NCBI GenBank assembly: GCA_005223125.1
Contig: NJBH01000003.1
Location: 1 to 64,000 of the forward strand
DNA length: 64,000 nucleotides
Source: Promethearchaeota archaeon Loki_b32
Lineage (GTDB): Archaea; Asgardarchaeota; Lokiarchaeia; Sigyniarchaeales; SOKP01
Direction of reading: 5' to 3'
This document shows positions 30,105 through 39,584 of the stretch, piece by piece. Within the stretch, counting starts at the first letter, position 1, and the number at the start of each line of letters is the position of its first letter. Position numbers and translations under genes: made by a program. Under the pieces are notes generated by a model that was not told where the DNA came from, ran no database searches, and worked only from the letters and a program-made list of their open reading frames with translations.

Positions 30105-31952
30105 TTAAAGATCTCCTAAACCTAATCTTTTTAAATCTTCTTGCTTAAATTTTCCTGTTTCGATATCCCATTGTCTATATTTATAATATTCCATTTTTAA
30201 TTGTTCAAAGTCAGGGGATTTGCCAGCACACTCCGTTCCTTCTAATGGGTTGAGTAAAATTTTTGGTAATCGATCATCTTTTGGAGAAATCCCCATCTTT
30301 AGATTAAACATTCGTTTTATCATGAAAATTCTTTCACCGTAAATTTTTAGTCTTTCTATATCACATTTTAAACCTATAGCTGTTTGTACTAATTCAGCAA
30401 TTATTGAAGGTAATGGATTAGCAAAAACACACATAATTAATGAACTATAGAGTGCACGGTAATCTTGAGCTCTAGCACTCATTATCGCCATTTCTGAGTC
30501 ATCTTTAAATTTATCAATAGTCTCTATCCCAAATTCTTCAAGAGGAGTTCCTAATAAAATAGTACACATATCACAAGAATTATGGCAAGGACCTCTAGGA
30601 GCAGCTATTGCATATGCTATTGCCATACCGAAATTCGATCGTAAATCATGATATGGGACTTCCATTCCATATACAGTTGCTATTTCGTCTTGAGGTATAT
30701 TGAATTCTTTCCCTATCTCATCAGATCCCTCAGCTAATAAATCTCCTATGCCTTCTCTTATTGATATTTTTTCAATCATCTCTAAAGCAGGTTTAATGTC
30801 TCCCCATTTAGGACTCAAACCATCAATTTGTTCGGATTTTAGTTTACCAGAATCATATAAGTAATATATAAGGGCAATTATACTGCTACAACTAATTGTA
30901 TCAATTCCATAATCATTACATAATTCGTTTGCTTTTACAATTGATTCAATATTATCATTTAAAATCATAGAGCCAAAACCAGCGAGAGTTTGATATTCTG
31001 GAGCTTCAACTTCTCCCTCAGTTTTATATTCTCCGGTTTTTACAATAGCTTTTTTAGCACATCCAATTGGACATGAAAAGCAAGGATATTTCCGTGTAAC
31101 AGTTTTCTCTAAAGCAGTCATTCCAGAAATATTGTAGGCGCCTTCCCACTCATCACCATAAGTCCAATATTTTTTGGACATTTCTCCAGTTGAGTTCCAT
31201 AAGTCTATACCTGCTGATGTACCAATATCACCATACATTTTTGAAGTAAATGATTGATTTACTTCAGTTAATGCTTTTTGAACTGATTGTTTGAAATTTT
31301 TTGAGTCAGCCGCTTCATATTGCCTTTTTTTACCTCGTACAGATATAGCTTTTAATTTTTTCGATCCCATAACAGCGCCCATTCCCGTTCTTCCAGCAGC
31401 TTTTTCTTCAGAGGCAATAATAGCAAATTTAATTAAATTTTCACCTGCTTGACCTATGCAAGCTATCCTAGTTAAATTTGAGCCAGATTGCTCTTTTAAG
31501 ATTTTTGAAGTTTCTAATATCCCTTTTCCCCATAAAGATGAAGCATCTTTAATTTTAGCTTCATTTTCTTTAACTTCAAGATATATAGGTTTTTCTGAAG
31601 CACCTTTAATAATGATTCCATCATACCCTGCTTTTTTAAGCTCTGGTCCAAAATATCCTCCGCAATTAGATTCTCCCCAAATTCCAGTATATGGAGATTT
31701 CGCACATACAACAAATCTTCCACTTGTTGGAATAGTCGAACCGCAGAATGGGCCTGTCATAAACATTAAAATATTATCTGGAGATAAAGGATTTGTTTTT
31801 TTATCGATATGATCATAAAGATACCTACAGCAATATCCAGAACCTCCAAGAAAGTCTTTTGCGATTTCTTCATTAAGCAATTCTTCAGAAATTTCTTGAT
31901 TAGTTAAGTTAACTATTAATAATTTGCCCGTAAACCCTTTTAATGTACTCAT
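30105..31952 (-). CDS. aor: Tungsten aldehyde:ferredoxin oxidoreductase family
   Basis: KSPYTG, AAGRTGMGAVMGSKKLKA, CFSCPIGC, YGIDTIS, DDRLP. Confidence 0.93.
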   Translation of the reverse strand: MSTLKGFTGKLLIVNLTNQEISEELLNEEIAKDFLGGSGYCCRYLYDHIDKKTNPLSPDNILMFMTGPFCGSTIPTSGRFVVCAKSPYTGIWGESNCGGYFGPELKKAGYDGIIIKGASEKPIYLEVKENEAKIKDASSLWGKGILETSKILKEQSGSNLTRIACIGQAGENLIKFAIIASEEKAAGRTGMGAVMGSKKLKAISVRGKKRQYEAADSKNFKQSVQKALTEVNQSFTSKMYGDIGTSAGIDLWNSTGEMSKKYWTYGDEWEGAYNISGMTALEKTVTRKYPCFSCPIGCAKKAIVKTGEYKTEGEVEAPEYQTLAGFGSMILNDNIESIVKANELCNDYGIDTISCSSIIALIYYLYDSGKLKSEQIDGLSPKWGDIKPALEMIEKISIREGIGDLLAEGSDEIGKEFNIPQDEIATVYGMEVPYHDLRSNFGMAIAYAIAAPRGPCHNSCDMCTILLGTPLEEFGIETIDKFKDDSEMAIMSARAQDYRALYSSLIMCVFANPLPSIIAELVQTAIGLKCDIERLKIYGERIFMIKRMFNLKMGISPKDDRLPKILLNPLEGTECAGKSPDFEQLKMEYYKYRQWDIETGKFKQEDLKRLGLGDL

Positions 31953-31987
31953 AATAAAAGTCTCCTTTTTAAATTATAGTGATATCT

Positions 31988-33187
31988 TTAAAAATCGATG
32001 TCTTTCCCTTCATAGGCATAATAATATATTTTTCTGTAATATTCGTCTGTAATTGATCTTGGAGTCATTACACTAGTAGCATCTTGAAAACAACAAGCAA
32101 CTAGCATTTCTATATTATTTTCAAAATCAGTTTTTGAAACTCCTAAATCTTGTAATTTAGAAGGAAAGTCAACTTTCTTTTGAAGTTCTTTGATTTTATC
32201 GACAGCTTTAAATGCTGCTTTTTTATCATCATCATCCCATTTAGCCCATCCTAGCTGTTTAGCAATCTTAGAATGTATTTCTAGAGTATCATCATCTTTA
32301 TCAGGGTTATTTAGGCAAAATTGCGAGACATATGGAAGTAAAATTCCAACTGTTCTTCCATGATGGGTATGAAAAACCGCACCCCAACTATGCCCCATGC
32401 CATGACCAATATGAACCTGAGAATTACTGAAAGCTAAACCAGCCATAGTCGCTGCTTGATGTAGATAATCCCTTGCTTCCATATTTTTCCCATCTTTGTA
32501 AACAATTGGCAAATATTTAAAAATGAGTTCTATCGCTTTTAAACCCATTGCGTTTGAAAATTCATTCTTCCAATTTGAAACCATACCTTCGATAGCATGC
32601 GATAATGCATCAAAAGCAGTATCAACCGTTAATTGTGGAGGCATTCCTTTTGGAAATATAGGATCTACAATAGCATACGTAGGAGTTATTCCCCGATGGG
32701 CATAAATAAATTTTTTCCATATATCATCCTCTAACTGCGAAATAATTGTTCCGTTTGTTGCTTCTGACCCAGTTCCCGAAGTAGTTGGTATTGCAATAAA
32801 TTTTGCCTTTTTCCCCGTCTCATATAAATCAGATCTAAATAGATGAATATCACCAATGTTCAATTCTGGAAATTCATATAGAACCCATGCTGTTTTAGCA
32901 GTATCTATTACAGATCCTCCACCTAAAGCAATAATTATATCGGGAGAATAAACATTACACTGTTTTCTCGCCTTTAAAACACCTTCTTCTCTTGGATCTG
33001 GAACAACTTCATTAAAAACCTGAAAATCTTTGCCAAATTTTTCTAATTTTTCTGTTAATATTTTAAGATAGCCTAATTCTTCAATTAACTTATCAGTAAC
33101 TATATAACATTTATTTCCCTTAATATTTTCTATAAAACCTAAGCTATCTTCTCCATAAATTATATTTGGACTATAGAAATACCACAT
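31988..33187 (-). CDS. Iron-containing alcohol dehydrogenase
   Basis: ALGGGSVID, IPTTSGTGSE, DALSHAIE, H..GH..G..FH..HG. Confidence 0.93.
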   Translation of the reverse strand: MWYFYSPNIIYGEDSLGFIENIKGNKCYIVTDKLIEELGYLKILTEKLEKFGKDFQVFNEVVPDPREEGVLKARKQCNVYSPDIIIALGGGSVIDTAKTAWVLYEFPELNIGDIHLFRSDLYETGKKAKFIAIPTTSGTGSEATNGTIISQLEDDIWKKFIYAHRGITPTYAIVDPIFPKGMPPQLTVDTAFDALSHAIEGMVSNWKNEFSNAMGLKAIELIFKYLPIVYKDGKNMEARDYLHQAATMAGLAFSNSQVHIGHGMGHSWGAVFHTHHGRTVGILLPYVSQFCLNNPDKDDDTLEIHSKIAKQLGWAKWDDDDKKAAFKAVDKIKELQKKVDFPSKLQDLGVSKTDFENNIEMLVACCFQDATSVMTPRSITDEYYRKIYYYAYEGKDIDF

Positions 33188-33302
33188 ATTTTTTCCCCTA
33201 TAAAATTAGTATAAATATTTTGAATATATTCCTTAAATATTAATAAAATTTAACTTTCTTTGAAAAATCCATTCTAACAAAAAAAATAAAATTAGAATTT
33301 TG

Positions 33303-33713
33303 TTATAAAAATTCAAATTCGAAGCGCCCAAGACTGTTCACAATTTCTAGTGCTGCTTTAGTATTACGCATTAACTTTGCCATATCACCTTCAAGTCTTA
33401 ATTTACCAGCCATTATAGCTCTTATTGGATCAATTTCTTTTTTCGTAACTGCTACAAAATTATCATAAGGTCCAGCCATGGTGGATTCTGTTTCTATTTC
33501 TTCACCTTCTGGTACCAATCTAGTTCCTGTACATTCTCCATGATGTAATCCTATAAATACTCTAACTTCATGATCTAACTTACCACTAGGTTCGATAACA
33601 AGAAGCATATCCCCTTCCCAAGTAAGTGCTGATGGTTTATAATCTGGATTTTCATTTATAGCTTTGCCAAAAGCTTCAACCCATTCTTCTGATAAAATTT
33701 TCATTCTTATCAC
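33303..33713 (-). CDS. SCP2 sterol/lipid-binding domain protein
   Basis: SEEW..A..IN; DPIRAIMAGKLRLEGDM. Confidence 0.9.
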   Translation of the reverse strand: MIRMKILSEEWVEAFGKAINENPDYKPSALTWEGDMLLVIEPSGKLDHEVRVFIGLHHGECTGTRLVPEGEEIETESTMAGPYDNFVAVTKKEIDPIRAIMAGKLRLEGDMAKLMRNTKAALEIVNSLGRFEFEFL

Positions 33714-33802
33714 TTCAGTTTTTTCAATTTAAATTTATTTTCTTCATAATTTGTTAGTATATTAATTGTTAAAATTGAATTTAAGATTTCAATTTTTTTA
33801 AT

Positions 33803-35002
33803 TTAGATTAAAGTTAAATCAATATGAATATCAGTTATGGGGTAAGACACACAGGGGTGAATATAACCATAATCTTGATCAATTTCTCTCATTGTCACTT
33901 CTGGGGGCATGAATATTTTGCCACTCACAAGTTTAGTTCTACACAAAGCACATGCTCCTGAGCGGCACCCATTATTAATAATTATGCCTAAATCTTTTTC
34001 TCTTTCAAGACTATTTAATATTGGTTCAACACATGATGCTTCAAATGTCTCTTTAACTTTTCTTCCCTGATTTAAAAACTCTATAGTAATATTCACAGTG
34101 TTTGAAGTATTAATATCTTTTGGCCAACCTATTACTTCTGTAACATCATCAGGGACCCCATAAGATTCGTAAATCATGTGATGTCTAGGGACACCCAACT
34201 CTTTCATTTGTCCTTCTATAAATGAATACATTGCACGATTTCCAACTATATAAAAGAATTTATTTTCAATTGATTTTATCTCATCTAAAATCTTATCTTT
34301 TGTAATAAAGCCGGAAGCACCATCCCAACTTGGTCCTGGTTCTGAAAGAATGTATTTAACTCTAACATTAGAACGTCTTGTTTGTATATCCTCAAGTTCG
34401 TCTTTAAATAACATATTATCTTCAGATAAACATCCAAATATTAACCAGACATTCAATTTTAAGTTCTGTTCAGAAATATCTCTCAACATTGAAATGAAAG
34501 GTGTTATACCAGAACCACCAGCAATAAAAACTAAATCGGTCCCATGAAAAACACGATTATAATACAATTCTCCTAATGGTTCTGTTGCTTCTAATATATC
34601 ACCAACTTTTATTGCATCAAGTAAATAAATGCTAACAAATCCTCCCTCTTTTCTTTTTACTCCTAATTCATAATAAGCAAGCTGATTTGGAGATGAAACA
34701 AGTGAAAAAGGTCGAGATGTTCTAACACCACTAATTTCTACAGTAAGACCAATATACTGGCCGGCTCTGAATGGAGCAAGAGGCTTATTAGGTCTTGCTG
34801 AGACGAACCGATACAGTTTAGTATCCTTAGAGAGTTCTTGTATATCTGTGACTTGCAATAATTGTTTTTCGGGATGAATACGATCACAGAGATTTTCCAA
34901 TCCATCATAATACCAAGGAATTGGCTCAACTTCATCTCGCCATTTTTTTAATTTCTCAAGTTTTTGATACTTCTTAACATCATTCATTATCTCTTTTTCC
35001 AC
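33803..35002 (-). CDS. FAD/NAD-binding reductase with C-terminal 2Fe-2S ferredoxin (Hcr/KshB/PaaE architecture)
   Basis: FRAGQY, RPFSLVSSP, GFVS, IAGGSGITPF, CRSGACALC..C. Confidence 0.9.
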   Translation of the reverse strand: MEKEIMNDVKKYQKLEKLKKWRDEVEPIPWYYDGLENLCDRIHPEKQLLQVTDIQELSKDTKLYRFVSARPNKPLAPFRAGQYIGLTVEISGVRTSRPFSLVSSPNQLAYYELGVKRKEGGFVSIYLLDAIKVGDILEATEPLGELYYNRVFHGTDLVFIAGGSGITPFISMLRDISEQNLKLNVWLIFGCLSEDNMLFKDELEDIQTRRSNVRVKYILSEPGPSWDGASGFITKDKILDEIKSIENKFFYIVGNRAMYSFIEGQMKELGVPRHHMIYESYGVPDDVTEVIGWPKDINTSNTVNITIEFLNQGRKVKETFEASCVEPILNSLEREKDLGIIINNGCRSGACALCRTKLVSGKIFMPPEVTMREIDQDYGYIHPCVSYPITDIHIDLTLI

Positions 35003-35005
35003 TAC

Positions 35006-36559
35006 TTACCACCTCCCTTCTTTGTTATCTCTTATATACATACCAGCAGCAATCCTTCCACTCAAAATACTTGATGAGAATCCACCACCAATATTTGTCC
35101 AAGCACCGCACTGATATAACCCAGGAATTGAACCACGGCTTTTTAACCTAAGTGTTGGACCATTCATAAGATCCTGAGTATATCCATAGATAGCTCCTTC
35201 TAAATTCTTTGAATATCGATAATATGTAAGAGGAGTTGCGGCTTCAACTACTTCTATATAATCACGAATCTCTGGACAAATTGTTTTTTCTACTAATTCA
35301 ACCATTTTATCGGTAATATAATCCTTGACTTTAAAATACTGGTCAGGGGATATTGATTGCCATAATTTGCCCATTTGTAATGTAGTAAGAACAAGTTGGG
35401 ATGTTCCTGGAGGAGTAATATCATCATAAATATGATTATAACAAGCTGCTACCATATATTTAGGTGGTTCTAATTTAGTAAATGTTTCATAGGCTTTATT
35501 TAAATCATCTGTCTCATTTATAAACATTTCATGAACATTCAATCCTAATTCTTTGTATGAAGCATTCAGACCTATATAAACTGAAAATGCAGATGGACCT
35601 ATTTCTGGAGCATAAATTTGCTTTTTATAACTATCTGGGACTACATCATTGGGAAGCATCTTCATTGTTGTACAAATCGGATTGACATTTGAAATTACTG
35701 TTTTACATTCATATATATCACCATTAAGAAGTTCAACACCACAAACTCTTCCATTTTGAACTAGTATTCGGTTAACTAAAGCATTAAACCTAATTTTACC
35801 ACCTAATTCTTCAAAAGCCTTCACAATAGCAGTTGTAAAAGCATGTGATCTTCCAATTGGAAAGGCAGCACCCCATTTTAAATACGTAATTAACATAGCA
35901 ACAAATGCATATGCATTTAATCGAGATGGAGGCAGACCCAAGTATCCCCATAATTGTGCGATAATTGCCATCAAACGTTTATCAGTAAAGAATTTATCAA
36001 ATACTTCTTGTAATGTAAGACCAGAAACCCGTACAAGCCATGGATGTTCTTTAAGTACTTCTGCGGGCGAATACTGACCTCTTCTTCTTACCATAAATTC
36101 AATACCCTCCAACACTTTTTGACACATATCTAAAAATTCTTCGATTCCCTTTTTCTCAGAAGGAAATAATTCAATGAGCTTCTCAATGTATTCTTCTAAA
36201 CCGATAGGTAGAGTAACATCATATCCATCTAAAAATACACTTCTATAAAACTCTGGAATTTGTTTGAATTGGATTTTGTCAGGAATTACTCCTATTCTCT
36301 CCAAAAATCGGTATAAGCCACCTTTATTGGCTTCTGTACCAATATCACTTAGTTCATGTAAGGCGCCCTCAAATTCAAACCTACCTCTTACAAAAGAAGT
36401 TGCAAAACCACCCGGGACATTATGTTTTTCCAGTAATAATACTTTCTTCCCTACAAGGGCAAGTTGACATGCAGCACCGAGTCCTCCGAGACCAGCTCCA
36501 ATAATAATAACGGGATAACTGTCTACTACTCTAGTTTTATCATAAATACTATCATTCAT
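35006..36559 (-). CDS. Phytoene-desaturase-family (CrtI/RetSat/CrtISO-like) flavoprotein
   Basis: IIGAGLGGL..A, LEKHNVPGG, ATPLT..RY..GAIYG, GLYQCGAW..GGG. Confidence 0.88.
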   Translation of the reverse strand: MNDSIYDKTRVVDSYPVIIIGAGLGGLGAACQLALVGKKVLLLEKHNVPGGFATSFVRGRFEFEGALHELSDIGTEANKGGLYRFLERIGVIPDKIQFKQIPEFYRSVFLDGYDVTLPIGLEEYIEKLIELFPSEKKGIEEFLDMCQKVLEGIEFMVRRRGQYSPAEVLKEHPWLVRVSGLTLQEVFDKFFTDKRLMAIIAQLWGYLGLPPSRLNAYAFVAMLITYLKWGAAFPIGRSHAFTTAIVKAFEELGGKIRFNALVNRILVQNGRVCGVELLNGDIYECKTVISNVNPICTTMKMLPNDVVPDSYKKQIYAPEIGPSAFSVYIGLNASYKELGLNVHEMFINETDDLNKAYETFTKLEPPKYMVAACYNHIYDDITPPGTSQLVLTTLQMGKLWQSISPDQYFKVKDYITDKMVELVEKTICPEIRDYIEVVEAATPLTYYRYSKNLEGAIYGYTQDLMNGPTLRLKSRGSIPGLYQCGAWTNIGGGFSSSILSGRIAAGMYIRDNKEGRW

Positions 36560-36704
36560 AAAAAATAATTCTATCAGATAACATTTAAAATTATAGATTT
36601 TAATCTAAATAATTTAATTTTTAATAGATAAGAAAATAGAAGAGGAACATTTGTATATTAATGAAAAATAGATATTCAATATAGATTTTGTTAGTAGGGT
36701 TTAA

Positions 36705-37520
36705 TCAACGACCAACAAAGACTGGATCTCGTTTTTCTTTGAGAGCTTTCATAGATTCATTAAAATCTTTTGAGGTAAAGGCTTTTCTTAATGCTCTATT
36801 TTCTAAATCTAAAGTTCTATCTAAGATCTCCCGAAAATAAGCATGCATAGTTTTTTTCATCAGCTTCAAAGATAGGCTTGGACCTTTTGGTGGGATTAAT
36901 TTTAAAGCTTGTTCTCTAGAATAAGGGATTAATTCATCTGGTGGCAAAACTTTATTTACAAGTCCAAGTTCATAAGCTTTTTGAGCAGTTATTTTATCAC
37001 CAAAATAACAAATTTCCTTTGCTTTTTGAAAACCGACTAGTAATGGTAAAAGAAATGTGCAAGAAAATTCTGGAATTATGGCTCTTTTTGAGAAGAAAAA
37101 TCCTAACCAAGCATTTTTTGACATATATATTAAATCGGCACCAGCCAAGGGCATTGTAATACCACCTCCAATGGCCATTCCATTAATAGCGGCTATGACT
37201 GGTTTATTAAAATCCCAAAATTTCATACACACTTTTTTTTGTGCGATATCCATAAGATCAATTTCTGGATATTTTCTCATTTCTTCCATCATTTCTGGTT
37301 TAAAATAACCACCAGATGTAAAAGCGTTTCCCTTGGGATCTCCAGTTATTATTAGTACTTTAGCATTTCTATCGTTTTCCATATCTTCTAAAACAGTATA
37401 GATTTCTAAGAAAGTAATATAAGTCACAGCATTCCTTCCTTCAGGTCTAGAAATTGTGGCAGTACATATCCCATTATCTTCCTTCTCATAAATAATATCT
37501 TCAAAATCTTCTATTATCAT
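36705..37520 (-). CDS. Enoyl-CoA hydratase/isomerase family protein
   Basis: KPVIAAINGMAIGGG, PEF, A.ELGLVNKV, EKRDPVF. Confidence 0.9.
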   Translation of the reverse strand: MIIEDFEDIIYEKEDNGICTATISRPEGRNAVTYITFLEIYTVLEDMENDRNAKVLIITGDPKGNAFTSGGYFKPEMMEEMRKYPEIDLMDIAQKKVCMKFWDFNKPVIAAINGMAIGGGITMPLAGADLIYMSKNAWLGFFFSKRAIIPEFSCTFLLPLLVGFQKAKEICYFGDKITAQKAYELGLVNKVLPPDELIPYSREQALKLIPPKGPSLSLKLMKKTMHAYFREILDRTLDLENRALRKAFTSKDFNESMKALKEKRDPVFVGR

Positions 37521-37638
37521 AATTAGATTTAAATTAAATTTTTAATATTGAATACTTTTCAAATTTATGATTATTTATACTTAAGTTTATAGCAAATTTA
37601 AAGAAAATATGTAAAAAAAAGTTTAATTATTTAGTTCT

Positions 37639-39348
37639 TTATTTTTTTTCTTCTTCGCGAAGTGCTTTTTTCAATACTTTACCAACCATAGTTAATGGTA
37701 GTTCTTCTCGGAAGTCCCAGATCTTGGGAACTTCATATTTTGAGAGATTTTCTTCAGCATATTTTTTAATACTATCTTTAACTTCACCAGCTGCTTCAAC
37801 TCCTTCTTTGAGTTGAATAACTGCTTTAACTATTTCAGCTCCAGGTCTATCAGGATTAGGAACCCCTATTATTGCAAGTATTTGAATATCAGGATGCTTT
37901 GTCATTACTTCTTCAACATGAACACTATATACCTTAAAGCCGCTAACTATCAGCATATCTTTGGTACGATCTACAATCTTTAAATAGCCATCTTCATCGA
38001 AAACACCAACATCGCCCGTATGAACATAACCATCTTTATCAAATGTGGCTGCTGTAGCTTCAGGTTTATTATGATATTGCTTAACAACTGAGGGACCTTT
38101 TATCAAGATTTCACCGGGTTGTCCAATCTCTTTTATATCTGCTCCAGATTCTGTATCTATTAGTTTAATATCTGTATCTGGCCATGGCAATCCAACAGTT
38201 CCAATTTTTTTCTCTCCATACATTGGATTAGCGCATATTACAACAGCAGTTTCAGTCATTCCATAAACCTCGACAAATTTATTCTCTGTATGAAATTGTT
38301 TTTCAAATTCTCTTATTGCTTCTGGAGGAAAGGGTGCAGCACCACTTACATATAATGAAATATTATCTAATACTTCTGGTGGGATTTTTTTTGACATTGG
38401 ATTATTCTGAACCATTAAAAACAGAGTTGGTACATTTCCAAAACTTGAAGGTTTCTTATCAATGATCTCCTTTATTATATGGTCAGTATCTCTTGGATTT
38501 GCTATTAATATTTGTGCTCCTCCTAAATAATTCAAAAAAAGTCCTATAAGGAATCCCGCAACGTGAAAGAAAGGAAATGCTGAAAGAAGTATTTCTTTAC
38601 CTTTCTCTCTATTGACCCAGACATCAAATTGATGAATATTTGCCATCAAATTGGAATGAACGATGTCTACTCCTTTAGGAAGTCCTGTAGTTCCTCCTGT
38701 ATATTGTATCAAGGCCAAATCTTTTTTCGGATCAATATCAACCTTTTTCAAATCAATTTCCGTTTCTAATGCCACTAGAAATGGGACTACAGTTTTTCCA
38801 GGCCAAGGTATAATTTTACCCTTTGGAATCTTTTTTATTAATTTTCCCATAAATACTTTAAATCCCCCGAAACCCATAAATTCTGAAATATTTGTTGGGA
38901 CTATAACTTTCAAATCATTTAAGCGATCATAAATCTTTGAAATGACTTTTTCATGAAGTATATCCATAGTAATTAAAAATTTTGCACCTGAATCCTTCAT
39001 TTGATAAGCCATTTCTTCGGGGCTTAACAGTGGTGAACATCCTGTAACAGTACCGCCAGCTATATATGTTCCATAAACAGCAAAGAGGTATTGAGGAGAA
39101 TTCGCAAGACAAATTGCAACTACATCACCCTTATTTAGACCATTTTTCTGTAAGAATGTAGCAAATTTCTGAGAATATTTTAATATCTCTTTGAAAAGAA
39201 ATGTGCGGTCCATGAAATAAAAACCTACATTATCTGCATATTTGGTCATGTTTTGGGTTAAAATCGTTCCAAGATCTTCTGTTGGATATGTTAAAGTTGC
39301 TGGAACATGTTTATCATATGATTTAAGCCATATTTTTTCATTACTCAT
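37639..39348 (-). CDS. Long-chain fatty-acid--CoA ligase
   Basis: YTGGTTGLPKG, YGMTE, TGDVG, DRTKD, VGKVLK. Confidence 0.93.
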   Translation of the reverse strand: MSNEKIWLKSYDKHVPATLTYPTEDLGTILTQNMTKYADNVGFYFMDRTFLFKEILKYSQKFATFLQKNGLNKGDVVAICLANSPQYLFAVYGTYIAGGTVTGCSPLLSPEEMAYQMKDSGAKFLITMDILHEKVISKIYDRLNDLKVIVPTNISEFMGFGGFKVFMGKLIKKIPKGKIIPWPGKTVVPFLVALETEIDLKKVDIDPKKDLALIQYTGGTTGLPKGVDIVHSNLMANIHQFDVWVNREKGKEILLSAFPFFHVAGFLIGLFLNYLGGAQILIANPRDTDHIIKEIIDKKPSSFGNVPTLFLMVQNNPMSKKIPPEVLDNISLYVSGAAPFPPEAIREFEKQFHTENKFVEVYGMTETAVVICANPMYGEKKIGTVGLPWPDTDIKLIDTESGADIKEIGQPGEILIKGPSVVKQYHNKPEATAATFDKDGYVHTGDVGVFDEDGYLKIVDRTKDMLIVSGFKVYSVHVEEVMTKHPDIQILAIIGVPNPDRPGAEIVKAVIQLKEGVEAAGEVKDSIKKYAEENLSKYEVPKIWDFREELPLTMVGKVLKKALREEEKK

Positions 39349-39584
39349 TTGTTAACTCCTCTATATTAACACTTTTTTGAAATTTTATTATTATATTATT
39401 ATAATTAATTATTTACTATCTTTGTAAAAGCTTATAAAAATTGACATTTTTTTTCTGAAGATTAATGGTTTATATCTCCATTAAAATACAACAATGGACA
39501 GTGTATATTATTGTTGAACTTGCATTGTTATTTACGAAAATTTGGTTAAATTTATAAAAAAGATAAGAAAAAAAAAAAGAAATG

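Noticed and set aside
33803-35002. KshAB-type aerobic steroid ring hydroxylase
   Set aside because: No Rieske oxygenase subunit or ring-degradation genes are in the window; only the reductase architecture is shared.
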